The position numbers and the translations under genes were made by a program. The notes under the pieces are model-generated. The model saw nothing but the letters and a program-made list of their open reading frames with translations. It ran no database searches and was not told the DNA's origin. Source: a virus (lineage: Duplodnaviria > Heunggongvirae > Uroviricota > Caudoviricetes). From it: a DNA stretch of 64,000 bases. Of the stretch, positions 54,888-62,332 are shown in pieces (positions within the stretch are counted from its first letter, which is position 1; every line of letters begins with the position of its first letter). The stretch lies in the IMG/VR virus record IMGVR_UViG_3300032053_000031. One strand, given 5' to 3'.

Positions 54888-55066
54888 AGAAACATAGAGA
54901 TAAGATTCCTTTTTGTTGTATGGTTAAGGGAGATGTACCTTGTGTATACTGTGGTTTTAAAATATGTAAAGGTTGTCGAGAGGAAGATAATAGTGAACAT
55001 TACTGGGGAGGTATGTGTAGACTTCGACCAGAGGAAGATCTTAAACGACAGCTAGATCAGATATGA
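54884..55066 (+). CDS. LCC-family (FCC) small Cys-rich protein
   Basis: ...KIPFCCMVKGDVPCVYCGFKICKGCR. Confidence 0.55.
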   Translation: MKKHRDKIPFCCMVKGDVPCVYCGFKICKGCREEDNSEHYWGGMCRLRPEEDLKRQLDQI

Positions 55067-55371
55067 AACAAAAACTTTGTTGTCAAATTCATAAAGACTT
55101 GATTTGCTGTACATGTGGATTAGTGATATGTGAAGATTGTTACAACTTGTGTGGACCCGCTACTACCAATAAAGCAGCTTTCCATCTGGAGATTCGATCT
55201 CAGGAGAGATGGTGTCCTCAATGCCTGGAAAAAAGAAAATTAACAGTCAACTGGTTGGATTACAATTACTGTAAGGGATGTTGGACAGGTAAGATATTCG
55301 GGTGTTTTAAATTCCCATTAAAAGACAAAGATCGGCCTAAGTGGGCCAAGAAGAAAAAAACATGGAAGTAA
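55063..55371 (+). CDS. LCC-family small Cys-rich protein
   Basis: MKQKLCCQIHKDLICCTCGLVICEDCY. Confidence 0.65.
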   Translation: MKQKLCCQIHKDLICCTCGLVICEDCYNLCGPATTNKAAFHLEIRSQERWCPQCLEKRKLTVNWLDYNYCKGCWTGKIFGCFKFPLKDKDRPKWAKKKKTWK

Positions 55372-55943
55372 TTGATTCTAATTTCTGTTATCCTCCAAAG
55401 CCTTTATATGTACCACCCAGTTCATCTATATTTGATGAATTAGATTCTAACGAAGAGTGGGTGGCTGAAGTAAAAAAGAATGGTTGGCGCTGTATGATTA
55501 GGGTAACAGTTAACGGAGATATAATTTTATGGACAAGAAGAAAGACAGTGGAGAGAAGTCCATTACCGAATCTTCGCATCGAATTGAAAAAGTTATCACT
55601 GCCACAGGATACTATTTTAGATGGAGAACTTCTTGAACATCGAGGGATGACAAAAGAAACGATTATGATATGGGGGATGTTTCGTTGGGCTGGCAAATGG
55701 ACTAACACCATTCCTTATAAAGAAATTCGCGAACGGATTGAAAAGATTGTTCCAGAAAACAACCCTTATATTATAAAGCCCAAATTCTGTTTCACAGGAA
55801 AGAAGAAGTTCTACTATGATGTCTTAAAAGAAAGTGAAGAGAATGAAGGTATTGTGATAAAGAAATTAGCTGCACCGGTTCCTTTTTCTTGGAATGATTC
55901 TGAGAAGATACGCACATGGATCAAAATTAAAGAGAATATGTAA
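55362..55943 (+). CDS. minimal ligase-like nucleotidyltransferase (adenylyltransferase domain only, about 193 aa)
   Basis: Motif I KKNGWR (Kx[DN]GxR); motif III ILDGELL; motif IV EGIVIK; motif V WIKIK. No OB domain. Confidence 0.5.
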   Translation: MEVIDSNFCYPPKPLYVPPSSSIFDELDSNEEWVAEVKKNGWRCMIRVTVNGDIILWTRRKTVERSPLPNLRIELKKLSLPQDTILDGELLEHRGMTKETIMIWGMFRWAGKWTNTIPYKEIRERIEKIVPENNPYIIKPKFCFTGKKKFYYDVLKESEENEGIVIKKLAAPVPFSWNDSEKIRTWIKIKENM

Positions 55944-56034
55944 TGTTATAGACCGGGTAATTTAAGATGGGCAACAGCTAAAGAACAGGCACATAATCGA
56001 CGTAGGAGAGTTAAACCGTCAATATAGGTGAAAC

Positions 56035-56268
56035 ATGAAACAGATGAGTCCTGAGATGGCACAAATAGTACAAGCGTTCGCAACGGCTGATTTTCGTTTC
56101 GAGATTCTTATTGCAGCCATAATCGAAACACTTCTGGAAAAGAAGGATGTAGCTGGTCAACCCTTCCTTACGCGGGAAGAGCTTGATAAGAAAGCCGAGG
56201 AGATTAAGAATAAGCTTCTCGAAGAGGCGCGCAAGCAGTCAAACATTATTATTCCTGGTCAACCATAA
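56035..56268 (+). CDS. hypothetical protein
   Basis: Track ORF. Confidence 0.4.
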   Translation: MKQMSPEMAQIVQAFATADFRFEILIAAIIETLLEKKDVAGQPFLTREELDKKAEEIKNKLLEEARKQSNIIIPGQP

Positions 56269-56368
56269 TGACCAAAAGGAAAAAGAAGGAGAAGGTAAAA
56301 CCAAAGTTGCTAGTGGAACAAAAATTCCACCCCATTGAATGGATGAAAAGAATACTTGGTAAATTCTA

Positions 56369-56776
56369 ATGACAAATATATTTGTCTATGGAACATTACG
56401 AAAGGGAGGTCCTTTACACAGATACTTTGAAGACAAGGAGATATCTCCTATTGGTATGTTTCATACTCATCCCATATATACATTATACGACTGCGGGTGT
56501 CCATGTCTAGCGGAGGGTGGTACTACTAGTGTAGTCGGAGAGATATATAAGACGGACTTAGAAGATGTAATGGATGTTCATTCAATGGAGCTATATGCGG
56601 GCTATAAGTTTAAACCCGTTGCGCTTGCAGACTTCGAAGAGCTTACCTATGCATACTTTCAAAGTCCAAAAGAATATGGATTAACTCCAATAGTAATAGA
56701 AAGCGGCGACTATATAGCATATAGATATGAAGATAAAGATAGAGAAGCATACAAAGAACGACCTGATAACGGATAA
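56369..56776 (+). CDS. gamma-glutamyl cyclotransferase (AIG2/GGCT)-like protein
   Basis: N-terminal IFVYGTLRKGGPLHRYF matches the GGCT-fold YGTL motif. Confidence 0.45.
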   Translation: MTNIFVYGTLRKGGPLHRYFEDKEISPIGMFHTHPIYTLYDCGCPCLAEGGTTSVVGEIYKTDLEDVMDVHSMELYAGYKFKPVALADFEELTYAYFQSPKEYGLTPIVIESGDYIAYRYEDKDREAYKERPDNG

Positions 56777-57002
56777 AGACTTATTTCAGGTTGGAGCTCC
56801 CTATCAAATTATCTCTGGCGAAGACACAGGTAAAATCTTTACATTATCTAAGATCTACTGGGATGAAAAGGATAAGGCCTATATCTTAGACTTTGAGGGA
56901 GAACATCTTGTGAATGCTAACTTCGCCGATTCCTTTATCAAAAAAGAAAGCGAAGCGAACCTAATAAGCTGTCCACATTGTAAGAAATGGATTTGCAGAT
57001 GA
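56727..57002 (+). CDS. hypothetical protein
   Basis: Track ORF; C-terminal CPHCKKWIC. Confidence 0.35.
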   Translation: MKIKIEKHTKNDLITDKDLFQVGAPYQIISGEDTGKIFTLSKIYWDEKDKAYILDFEGEHLVNANFADSFIKKESEANLISCPHCKKWICR

Positions 57003-57211
57003 ATCGAAAGCTCTGTTGTTTAGTAGCTGCTTACTGTATTTGTCCAGCTTGTAGATTTAGAATGTGTTATCCCTGCTTTGAAACTCATGTAAATGGCGGC
57101 GCTGAAAAGTGGGGTGAAATAAATAACAATGGGCTGTCACGAATGGCTATGATTTGTCCCGAGTGTGAAGTTCCTGTAGCGTGGCTTCAATCGGATTATG
57201 ATCGATTCTAG
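56987..57211 (+). CDS. LCC-family small Cys-rich protein
   Basis: MDLQMNRKLCCLVAAYCICPACRFRMCYPCF. Confidence 0.65.
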   Translation: MDLQMNRKLCCLVAAYCICPACRFRMCYPCFETHVNGGAEKWGEINNNGLSRMAMICPECEVPVAWLQSDYDRF

Positions 57212-57256
57212 ACCCCACCTCGCTTTTTAAAGATGGAAAAGGAGTATTTAATTTAG
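57211..57256 (+). promoter_or_regulatory. conserved intergenic element (copy 3 of 3)
   Basis: gaccccacctcgctttttaaagatggaaaaggagtatttaatttag; shares ttttaa(a)gatggaaaaggagtat with copy 1. Confidence 0.5.
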
Positions 57257-57265
57257 GGAGAAAAT

Positions 57266-57529
57266 ATGATAAGAGACATAACTTCCAGCGTTTCTATAGA
57301 AGAAGCTTTCGATGAATTTGGTCAGATGTTAGATCAACGCCTGGCAGAAAAAGGTGAGGGTCTCTTTGTATCTGCCCATGAATCTTTAGGCGTTGTCGAA
57401 GAAGAACATATTGAACTTATAGAAGCAGTCAAGGAAAATAATGAAGACAAGATAGCAAAGGAACTGCTAGACGTAGCCATTGCAGCTTTTTGGGGATACG
57501 TTTCAATAAAGAACAAACCACACGACTAG
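57266..57529 (+). CDS. MazG-like nucleotide pyrophosphohydrolase domain protein (tentative)
   Basis: EExxE-type acidic motifs (VVEEEHIELIEAVKE) in a small helical protein; AGGGAG RBS. Confidence 0.35.
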   Translation: MIRDITSSVSIEEAFDEFGQMLDQRLAEKGEGLFVSAHESLGVVEEEHIELIEAVKENNEDKIAKELLDVAIAAFWGYVSIKNKPHD

Positions 57530-57550
57530 AAAATCAAACAGGAGAAATAA

Positions 57551-57703
57551 ATGAAGTTACTGACAGACAGGAGTGTACGTACCATTCGTAATCGTTACGA
57601 CAGAGGAAATGTAACGCAATACCAGTTAGCGGATACTTATAAGGTGTCTCAGGCGCATATCAGCAGGATCGTGAATTACGAGCGGCGCGCTAACGTTAAC
57701 TAA
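57551..57703 (+). CDS. small HTH DNA-binding protein (50 aa)
   Basis: Short ORF not in the track; GGAGAAATAA RBS; QYQLADTYKVSQAHISRIVN resembles a helix-turn-helix. Confidence 0.35.
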   Translation: MKLLTDRSVRTIRNRYDRGNVTQYQLADTYKVSQAHISRIVNYERRANVN

Positions 57704-57713
57704 GGAGAAAGTA

Positions 57714-58166
57714 ATGTCGAAGACGACAAGGCATTTCGTTGCGTGGAATCCTACAACGCAGAACCAATTCGTAAGGGACTTCGACTCTTTTAAGAATAGG
57801 GAGATTACACTTACTACTCTTAAGGGGAAGTATGGCAATCACACGAAGGCTGCATTCTACACGAAGTATAGTAGGGTTACTCGTGGCGTTATCACCACTA
57901 CTGGTAGGTGTGAGTTTAAGTCTAATACTACTACAGTAGTCGAAACCACCACAAGGAAGATCCCTAACTTCCTGAAGGGTGTTGCCACGAGGCTCGCGAA
58001 CACGAGGAAGTTCAATACCATCGAGCTGCAAAACATCTTATTGGGCAGCGCAACGTTTGATAAGAAGACGTTAACATCTCTTGCGAATGCTGTCAATACG
58101 CGAGGAATGATTAACGTGAAGCTGGCTATCGATGGCGGTCGTATCGTAGCGCAGGGTCTCAATTAA
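57714..58166 (+). CDS. hypothetical Thr-rich protein, possibly abundant or structural
   Basis: AAGGAG RBS; 150 aa; followed by a perfect 18-bp hairpin. Confidence 0.45.
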   Translation: MSKTTRHFVAWNPTTQNQFVRDFDSFKNREITLTTLKGKYGNHTKAAFYTKYSRVTRGVITTTGRCEFKSNTTTVVETTTRKIPNFLKGVATRLANTRKFNTIELQNILLGSATFDKKTLTSLANAVNTRGMINVKLAIDGGRIVAQGLN

Positions 58167-58173
58167 GCCTGCA

Positions 58174-58212
58174 AGTAGATAGCCTCCGAGGTTACCTCGG
58201 AGGCTATCTACT
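58174..58212 (+). terminator. perfect 18-bp inverted repeat (agtagatagcctccgagg-tta-cctcggaggctatctact)
   Basis: Seen directly in the sequence; no U-tract follows. Confidence 0.5.
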
Positions 58213-58274
58213 GTAGAGGTAAGAATTTGAAAAAGTCGGTGTAAGATATCTACTCAAGCATAAAGGGGAAAGAA

Positions 58275-58829
58275 ATGGCGACATTAACTATAGTAGAAGC
58301 ATTAAAGTTAAAGAAGAGGCTCAACAAGAAGTTAGAAGATCTACGGGAGAAGATCGGTGAGTACTGCGCTCATTACGACAATGAGAAGCCTGTATACGGC
58401 TCGGAGGAGAAGCAGAAGGCGACGGTGGATGGGTGGGTTCAAGCCCACCATGACATTGTAAAGAAGATTGAGGATGTCTCTATCGCTATCCAGAAGACCA
58501 ATCTGGTTACCGAAGTGGAGATTCATCTGGGTGGCATCCCTGTGAAGAAGACCATCTCACAGTGGATTATCCGTCGGCAAGCTCTTGCTCAGCAGGAAGC
58601 AGCTTGCTATAGTGTCCTTACCGATCGGAAGCTACGGGACAAGGAGATCATGGCTTCTGATGGAAAGACAAAGCAAACAATTCGCGTAGTGAGATATTAT
58701 GACCCCACTGAGAAGGACCTTAAGCTCGATACGTACAAGAACGAGCCCAGTATGATCGATTCGAAGTTAGAGGTTGTGAATGCTACGACCCAACTCGTGG
58801 AGGATGTAAACATCCCTCTCGATCTGTAA
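58275..58829 (+). CDS. hypothetical protein
   Basis: 184-aa track ORF; GGGGAAAG RBS-like. Confidence 0.45.
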   Translation: MATLTIVEALKLKKRLNKKLEDLREKIGEYCAHYDNEKPVYGSEEKQKATVDGWVQAHHDIVKKIEDVSIAIQKTNLVTEVEIHLGGIPVKKTISQWIIRRQALAQQEAACYSVLTDRKLRDKEIMASDGKTKQTIRVVRYYDPTEKDLKLDTYKNEPSMIDSKLEVVNATTQLVEDVNIPLDL

Positions 58830-59185
58830 TTTAGGAGATATAATCGCTACGCAGAGAGCGAAAACTGGTAAAGTGAGACTCTACCTATAGAGTATATAGG
58901 AAATACCATTAAAGGTAAATTGACTCAGGTTAGTCATCTAATGATGATTCGCCTCAAGGCTAAAGTTTTAAGGCATTAAGTGTTAAGCTTTTAAGACTAA
59001 AGACCAAAGAGTCAAGGTTAATCCTAGTGGTAGCACACTAGAAAATCCTGTTCCGAGTTATGTTTTCTCATTTCTCATCCAGACCTCAGCAGGCTTCCTT
59101 TTCGGGAGCGATTATCTCTTAAACTTGTCTCGGGTGTACTTTAGCAACTTCGTTACAAGACAAAATGAAATCTTCCTGAGATAAG

Positions 59186-59578
59186 ATGAATAAACAAGAC
59201 GAAGAAATCGCGAAGGCTCTCAAAGTAAGACCTTACATCTTAGCTGTAGACGTAGACGGTTGTCTAGCTGAGAAAATTGAATGGCAAGGCTTTGAAGTAA
59301 TAGGTAAGCCTATCCCTTCGGTAGTCGAATACGTCCGTGAGGCTAAAGCTCGTGGATGTTATATTACTATTAACACCTGCAGAGTTACTACATTACATAA
59401 TAAAATTAGTCCAGAGTCCTTAGATGCTCTGCGTAAGTGGCTTAAGGATAATGATGTTCCTTACGATGAAATCTGGGCGGCCGCCGGAAAGCCTTATGCA
59501 AATGAATACGTAGACGACCGTGCATTGAATCCATTCTGTTCTGAATGTCAGAAGAAAAAGTTCACCTTCACTACTTAA
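59186..59578 (+). CDS. HAD-superfamily phosphatase-like small protein
   Basis: ILAVDVDGCL carries the DxDG motif I of HAD phosphatases, as in polynucleotide 3'-phosphatases; 130 aa. Confidence 0.4.
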   Translation: MNKQDEEIAKALKVRPYILAVDVDGCLAEKIEWQGFEVIGKPIPSVVEYVREAKARGCYITINTCRVTTLHNKISPESLDALRKWLKDNDVPYDEIWAAAGKPYANEYVDDRALNPFCSECQKKKFTFTT

Positions 59579-59593
59579 CAGGCAAGGATTTAT

Positions 59594-60190
59594 ATGACTG
59601 AGACATTCTTTACATCAGATACACATTACTATCATAAAAATATTATTAAGTATTGTAAACGACCATTTCAGGACGTAGCTGAAATGAATCAAGTAATGGT
59701 TGATCGTTGGAATAGTCGCGTGAATGAAAACGATACAGTTTTTCATCTTGGCGATTTTGGTTTCGTTCATAAAGGTGAAGGATCCAATATCCTTCAAATG
59801 CTTAAAGGAAAGAAGATTCTTATCCTCGGTAGCCACGATAGGAAAGCTTCTTATATGTCTGAAATGGGATTTGATGAGGTCTATACCCAATTCGATTGGA
59901 AAGGATGGTTACTTCATCATGTACCCATCAAAGTAAAACAACCTCTTCTTTGTGGACACGTCCACGAGAAGTGGTGCCGCCTCGGCAAGTTTATAATCAA
60001 CGTTGGCGTTGACCAATGGAATTTCACACCTCAAACAATAGACGAATTAATTAAAGCGCCTGAAGAATCATTTGAAATACATTGCCCGAATTGTAATGCT
60101 ATTATCCGACGTATGGAAGATAACCGCGAACATTGGTCCGGGAGATGCCTTCACGCTTTAAATGAACAGCTTACTAAAGACGATATGTAA
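59594..60190 (+). CDS. calcineurin-like metallophosphoesterase
   Basis: Motifs TSDTHYYH, GDFGF, GSHD, GHVHE. Confidence 0.75.
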   Translation: MTETFFTSDTHYYHKNIIKYCKRPFQDVAEMNQVMVDRWNSRVNENDTVFHLGDFGFVHKGEGSNILQMLKGKKILILGSHDRKASYMSEMGFDEVYTQFDWKGWLLHHVPIKVKQPLLCGHVHEKWCRLGKFIINVGVDQWNFTPQTIDELIKAPEESFEIHCPNCNAIIRRMEDNREHWSGRCLHALNEQLTKDDM

Positions 60191-60602
60191 GATTGTTGGT
60201 CATCAACCCGACAATGACGGTAAGCTCGGAAAGTGTGGACTAGGTCGTATTCCTCTATATTGTGAAAGATGCAAAGAGTCTATCTACAATAGAAGATGGC
60301 GCATCCTATTCCATATTACTCTAAATGGTATACATTTCATGTTACTGTTTATGACTAGTACACCAAAGAGACAATTCCTAATGGGAATTGATCACACAGA
60401 CGCCGACGCCTATCTAAATGTAGATCTTCCTCCTCTAAGCCTACAGCTAATGTTAAATTGGTATTGGATTAAACATGCTGTATTAATGCCAAAATCTAAT
60501 ATATCTTTAGATATTCTGAGAGAATTTTATACAGAGGATCATACATTAATTCGTCCGCACATTTGGTCAAGAAGCTACAACTGGGAGAAAAAGAATGTTT
60601 AA
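60162..60602 (+). CDS. hypothetical protein (TICKxVGH motif)
   Basis: KTICKIVGHQPDNDGKLGKCGLG...CERC; overlaps the 3' end of the upstream gene. Confidence 0.35.
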   Translation: MNSLLKTICKIVGHQPDNDGKLGKCGLGRIPLYCERCKESIYNRRWRILFHITLNGIHFMLLFMTSTPKRQFLMGIDHTDADAYLNVDLPPLSLQLMLNWYWIKHAVLMPKSNISLDILREFYTEDHTLIRPHIWSRSYNWEKKNV

Positions 60603-60993
60603 AGAAGGTGATTGGATAATTCATAATAGAGAGATTGCGCAGGTGGTACATGTAGATGGTGAACGGATAACAGAACTGACATCGGGAATGTTTTCTACAT
60701 CCGGTCATGATCTGGATTGTCGTCCTCTAACGCCAACGAACAAAGTAATAATGGAAGGTATTAATTATTACTTTGACAAGATGGATAAACTTCCAGGATC
60801 GAGAACTCTTAACTGGCCTGACATTAATAGATACTTCGAAGAGTTAATTATTAATGCTATAGATGATATACATAGCGGATCCGCGAAGAATGCGGAGAAA
60901 CAATACACTCAAGCGGGAAGATTCTATAATGAAGTTAAGGAAAAGTTAGATAATCTTAACACAAAAATAGATGGTGTTCGTCTTGTTAGATAA
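60595..60993 (+). CDS. hypothetical protein
   Basis: 132-aa track ORF. Confidence 0.45.
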   Translation: MFKEGDWIIHNREIAQVVHVDGERITELTSGMFSTSGHDLDCRPLTPTNKVIMEGINYYFDKMDKLPGSRTLNWPDINRYFEELIINAIDDIHSGSAKNAEKQYTQAGRFYNEVKEKLDNLNTKIDGVRLVR

Positions 60994-60997
60994 TAAT

Positions 60998-61204
60998 ATG
61001 AACTGCATCAAGTGTAAGAAAGCTATCCCTGAAGCAAGGATACAAGCACTCCCTGAAACAAAGACATGTGTTCAATGTTCAAATGTTCAGCCTTATAGAG
61101 CTATTATTTCTGGTTCCTACAAGCATAAGATGACCGAAACTCATATTATAAAATCAGACGATCCTATCTTAGATTACTACGAGGAACAATGGCAAGGAAG
61201 GTAA
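60998..61204 (+). CDS. DksA/TraR-family C4 zinc-finger protein
   Basis: CIKCKKAIPEARIQALPETKTCVQC matches the TraR/DksA C4 finger (CxxC-x17-CxxC around the IP.aRl..lP motif). Confidence 0.5.
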   Translation: MNCIKCKKAIPEARIQALPETKTCVQCSNVQPYRAIISGSYKHKMTETHIIKSDDPILDYYEEQWQGR

Positions 61205-61452
61205 GGAGAAAGAAAATGGAAACGATGCTGGTTAGAATGGAGAGGGACTTTAAAGTCCCTGGTACTAATGAAATTCTTTTAGAGGGGACAGTTGGTTCCG
61301 TTGTAGATGGTAAGATAGTTTTCTATGCAGCTCAGGTAATTAATTTACCTAACGGCGAACTTCCTGTCTATTCTTTTAATCTATTCAACAAGGCAATGTA
61401 TAGCCCCGTCGATCCTCCAGAGCCTCATATTAGAGAGGCGGGATGGATGTAA
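61189..61452 (+). CDS. hypothetical protein
   Basis: Track ORF. Confidence 0.4.
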   Translation: MARKVRRKKMETMLVRMERDFKVPGTNEILLEGTVGSVVDGKIVFYAAQVINLPNGELPVYSFNLFNKAMYSPVDPPEPHIREAGWM

Positions 61453-61658
61453 TGGAAGAAAAAATTGTTACAGACTTCTTCGGTACACCTATCGGTAGAA
61501 TGGTAAAGAGTGGTGAACGTTGGGAAGTAAGTGACTTTACTGGAAGACCTTTGGGGAGTGCTGATGAGAATGGTACAAGAGATTACTTCGGTGTTCCTAT
61601 TGCACAAGGAAGTCATCCTGAGTTGTTATTTGACCCTGAGTATAACTCAAACTTATGA
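61443..61658 (+). CDS. hypothetical protein with internal duplicated segment
   Basis: DFFGTPIGRMVKSGERWEVSDFTGRPLGSADENGTRDYFGVPIAQG contains [DF]F.G.P[IL]G-type repeats. Confidence 0.4.
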   Translation: MDVMEEKIVTDFFGTPIGRMVKSGERWEVSDFTGRPLGSADENGTRDYFGVPIAQGSHPELLFDPEYNSNL

Positions 61659-61915
61659 ATGATATAAAACCCGATCTTCGGTCTATTTCAGATAAGGAAA
61701 GACATAAGAAGATGCGAAAGAGATCTGGTGATGTAACTTCAAGGTCTAAATTAGTGTCGTTTCTCTATATACTAATGAGAGATCATCTACCTGCGGGAGA
61801 GGTTGAAGATATTATGCTTCACGATGTCGATGTACTTCCCAAGGACGAAAATTGTAGTTATACAAATGGTTGGCTGGCTAGGTATGCAGAGGACCTAGCA
61901 AAGAGATTAAAATGA
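61655..61915 (+). CDS. hypothetical protein
   Basis: Track ORF. Confidence 0.4.
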   Translation: MNDIKPDLRSISDKERHKKMRKRSGDVTSRSKLVSFLYILMRDHLPAGEVEDIMLHDVDVLPKDENCSYTNGWLARYAEDLAKRLK

Positions 61916-62151
61916 ACAAGCTTCAATCAGAGTATGCACACGCACAATGGCGGGCTCACGAACGTTATGGTATAACTCTGACTAAGGAACTTCATAACAC
62001 CCTCAGAGGTAAGATAAAGAGACAAGCAGCTAAGTTTCTTTATAGACGCACGTTACGCGTTACTATCTGGGAGGTGGAACACGAAGGAGAAACGTATAAA
62101 GTAGCCTACGACAAAATAAGACATTGTATTATTACGTTTCTCCCGAAATAG
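61912..62151 (+). CDS. hypothetical protein
   Basis: Track ORF. Confidence 0.4.
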   Translation: MNKLQSEYAHAQWRAHERYGITLTKELHNTLRGKIKRQAAKFLYRRTLRVTIWEVEHEGETYKVAYDKIRHCIITFLPK

Positions 62152-62330
62152 GAGGGAATATGCTTCTTTGGGGACTTAAAGACGAAAAAGGAAGATTAGT
62201 AAGTAAGGAAGGGGTACCTATGCTTTTTAAGACAAAAGTGTGGGCAAACAAATACTATATGTCTTGCATACCTCAGGGCATTGAATGTAAGATGGTTAGG
62301 GTAGTGGTAGAAGAGCTAGTAGGAGGATAA
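62124..62330 (+). CDS. hypothetical protein
   Basis: Track ORF. Confidence 0.35.
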   Translation: MYYYVSPEIGGNMLLWGLKDEKGRLVSKEGVPMLFKTKVWANKYYMSCIPQGIECKMVRVVVEELVGG

Positions 62331-62332
62331 TT

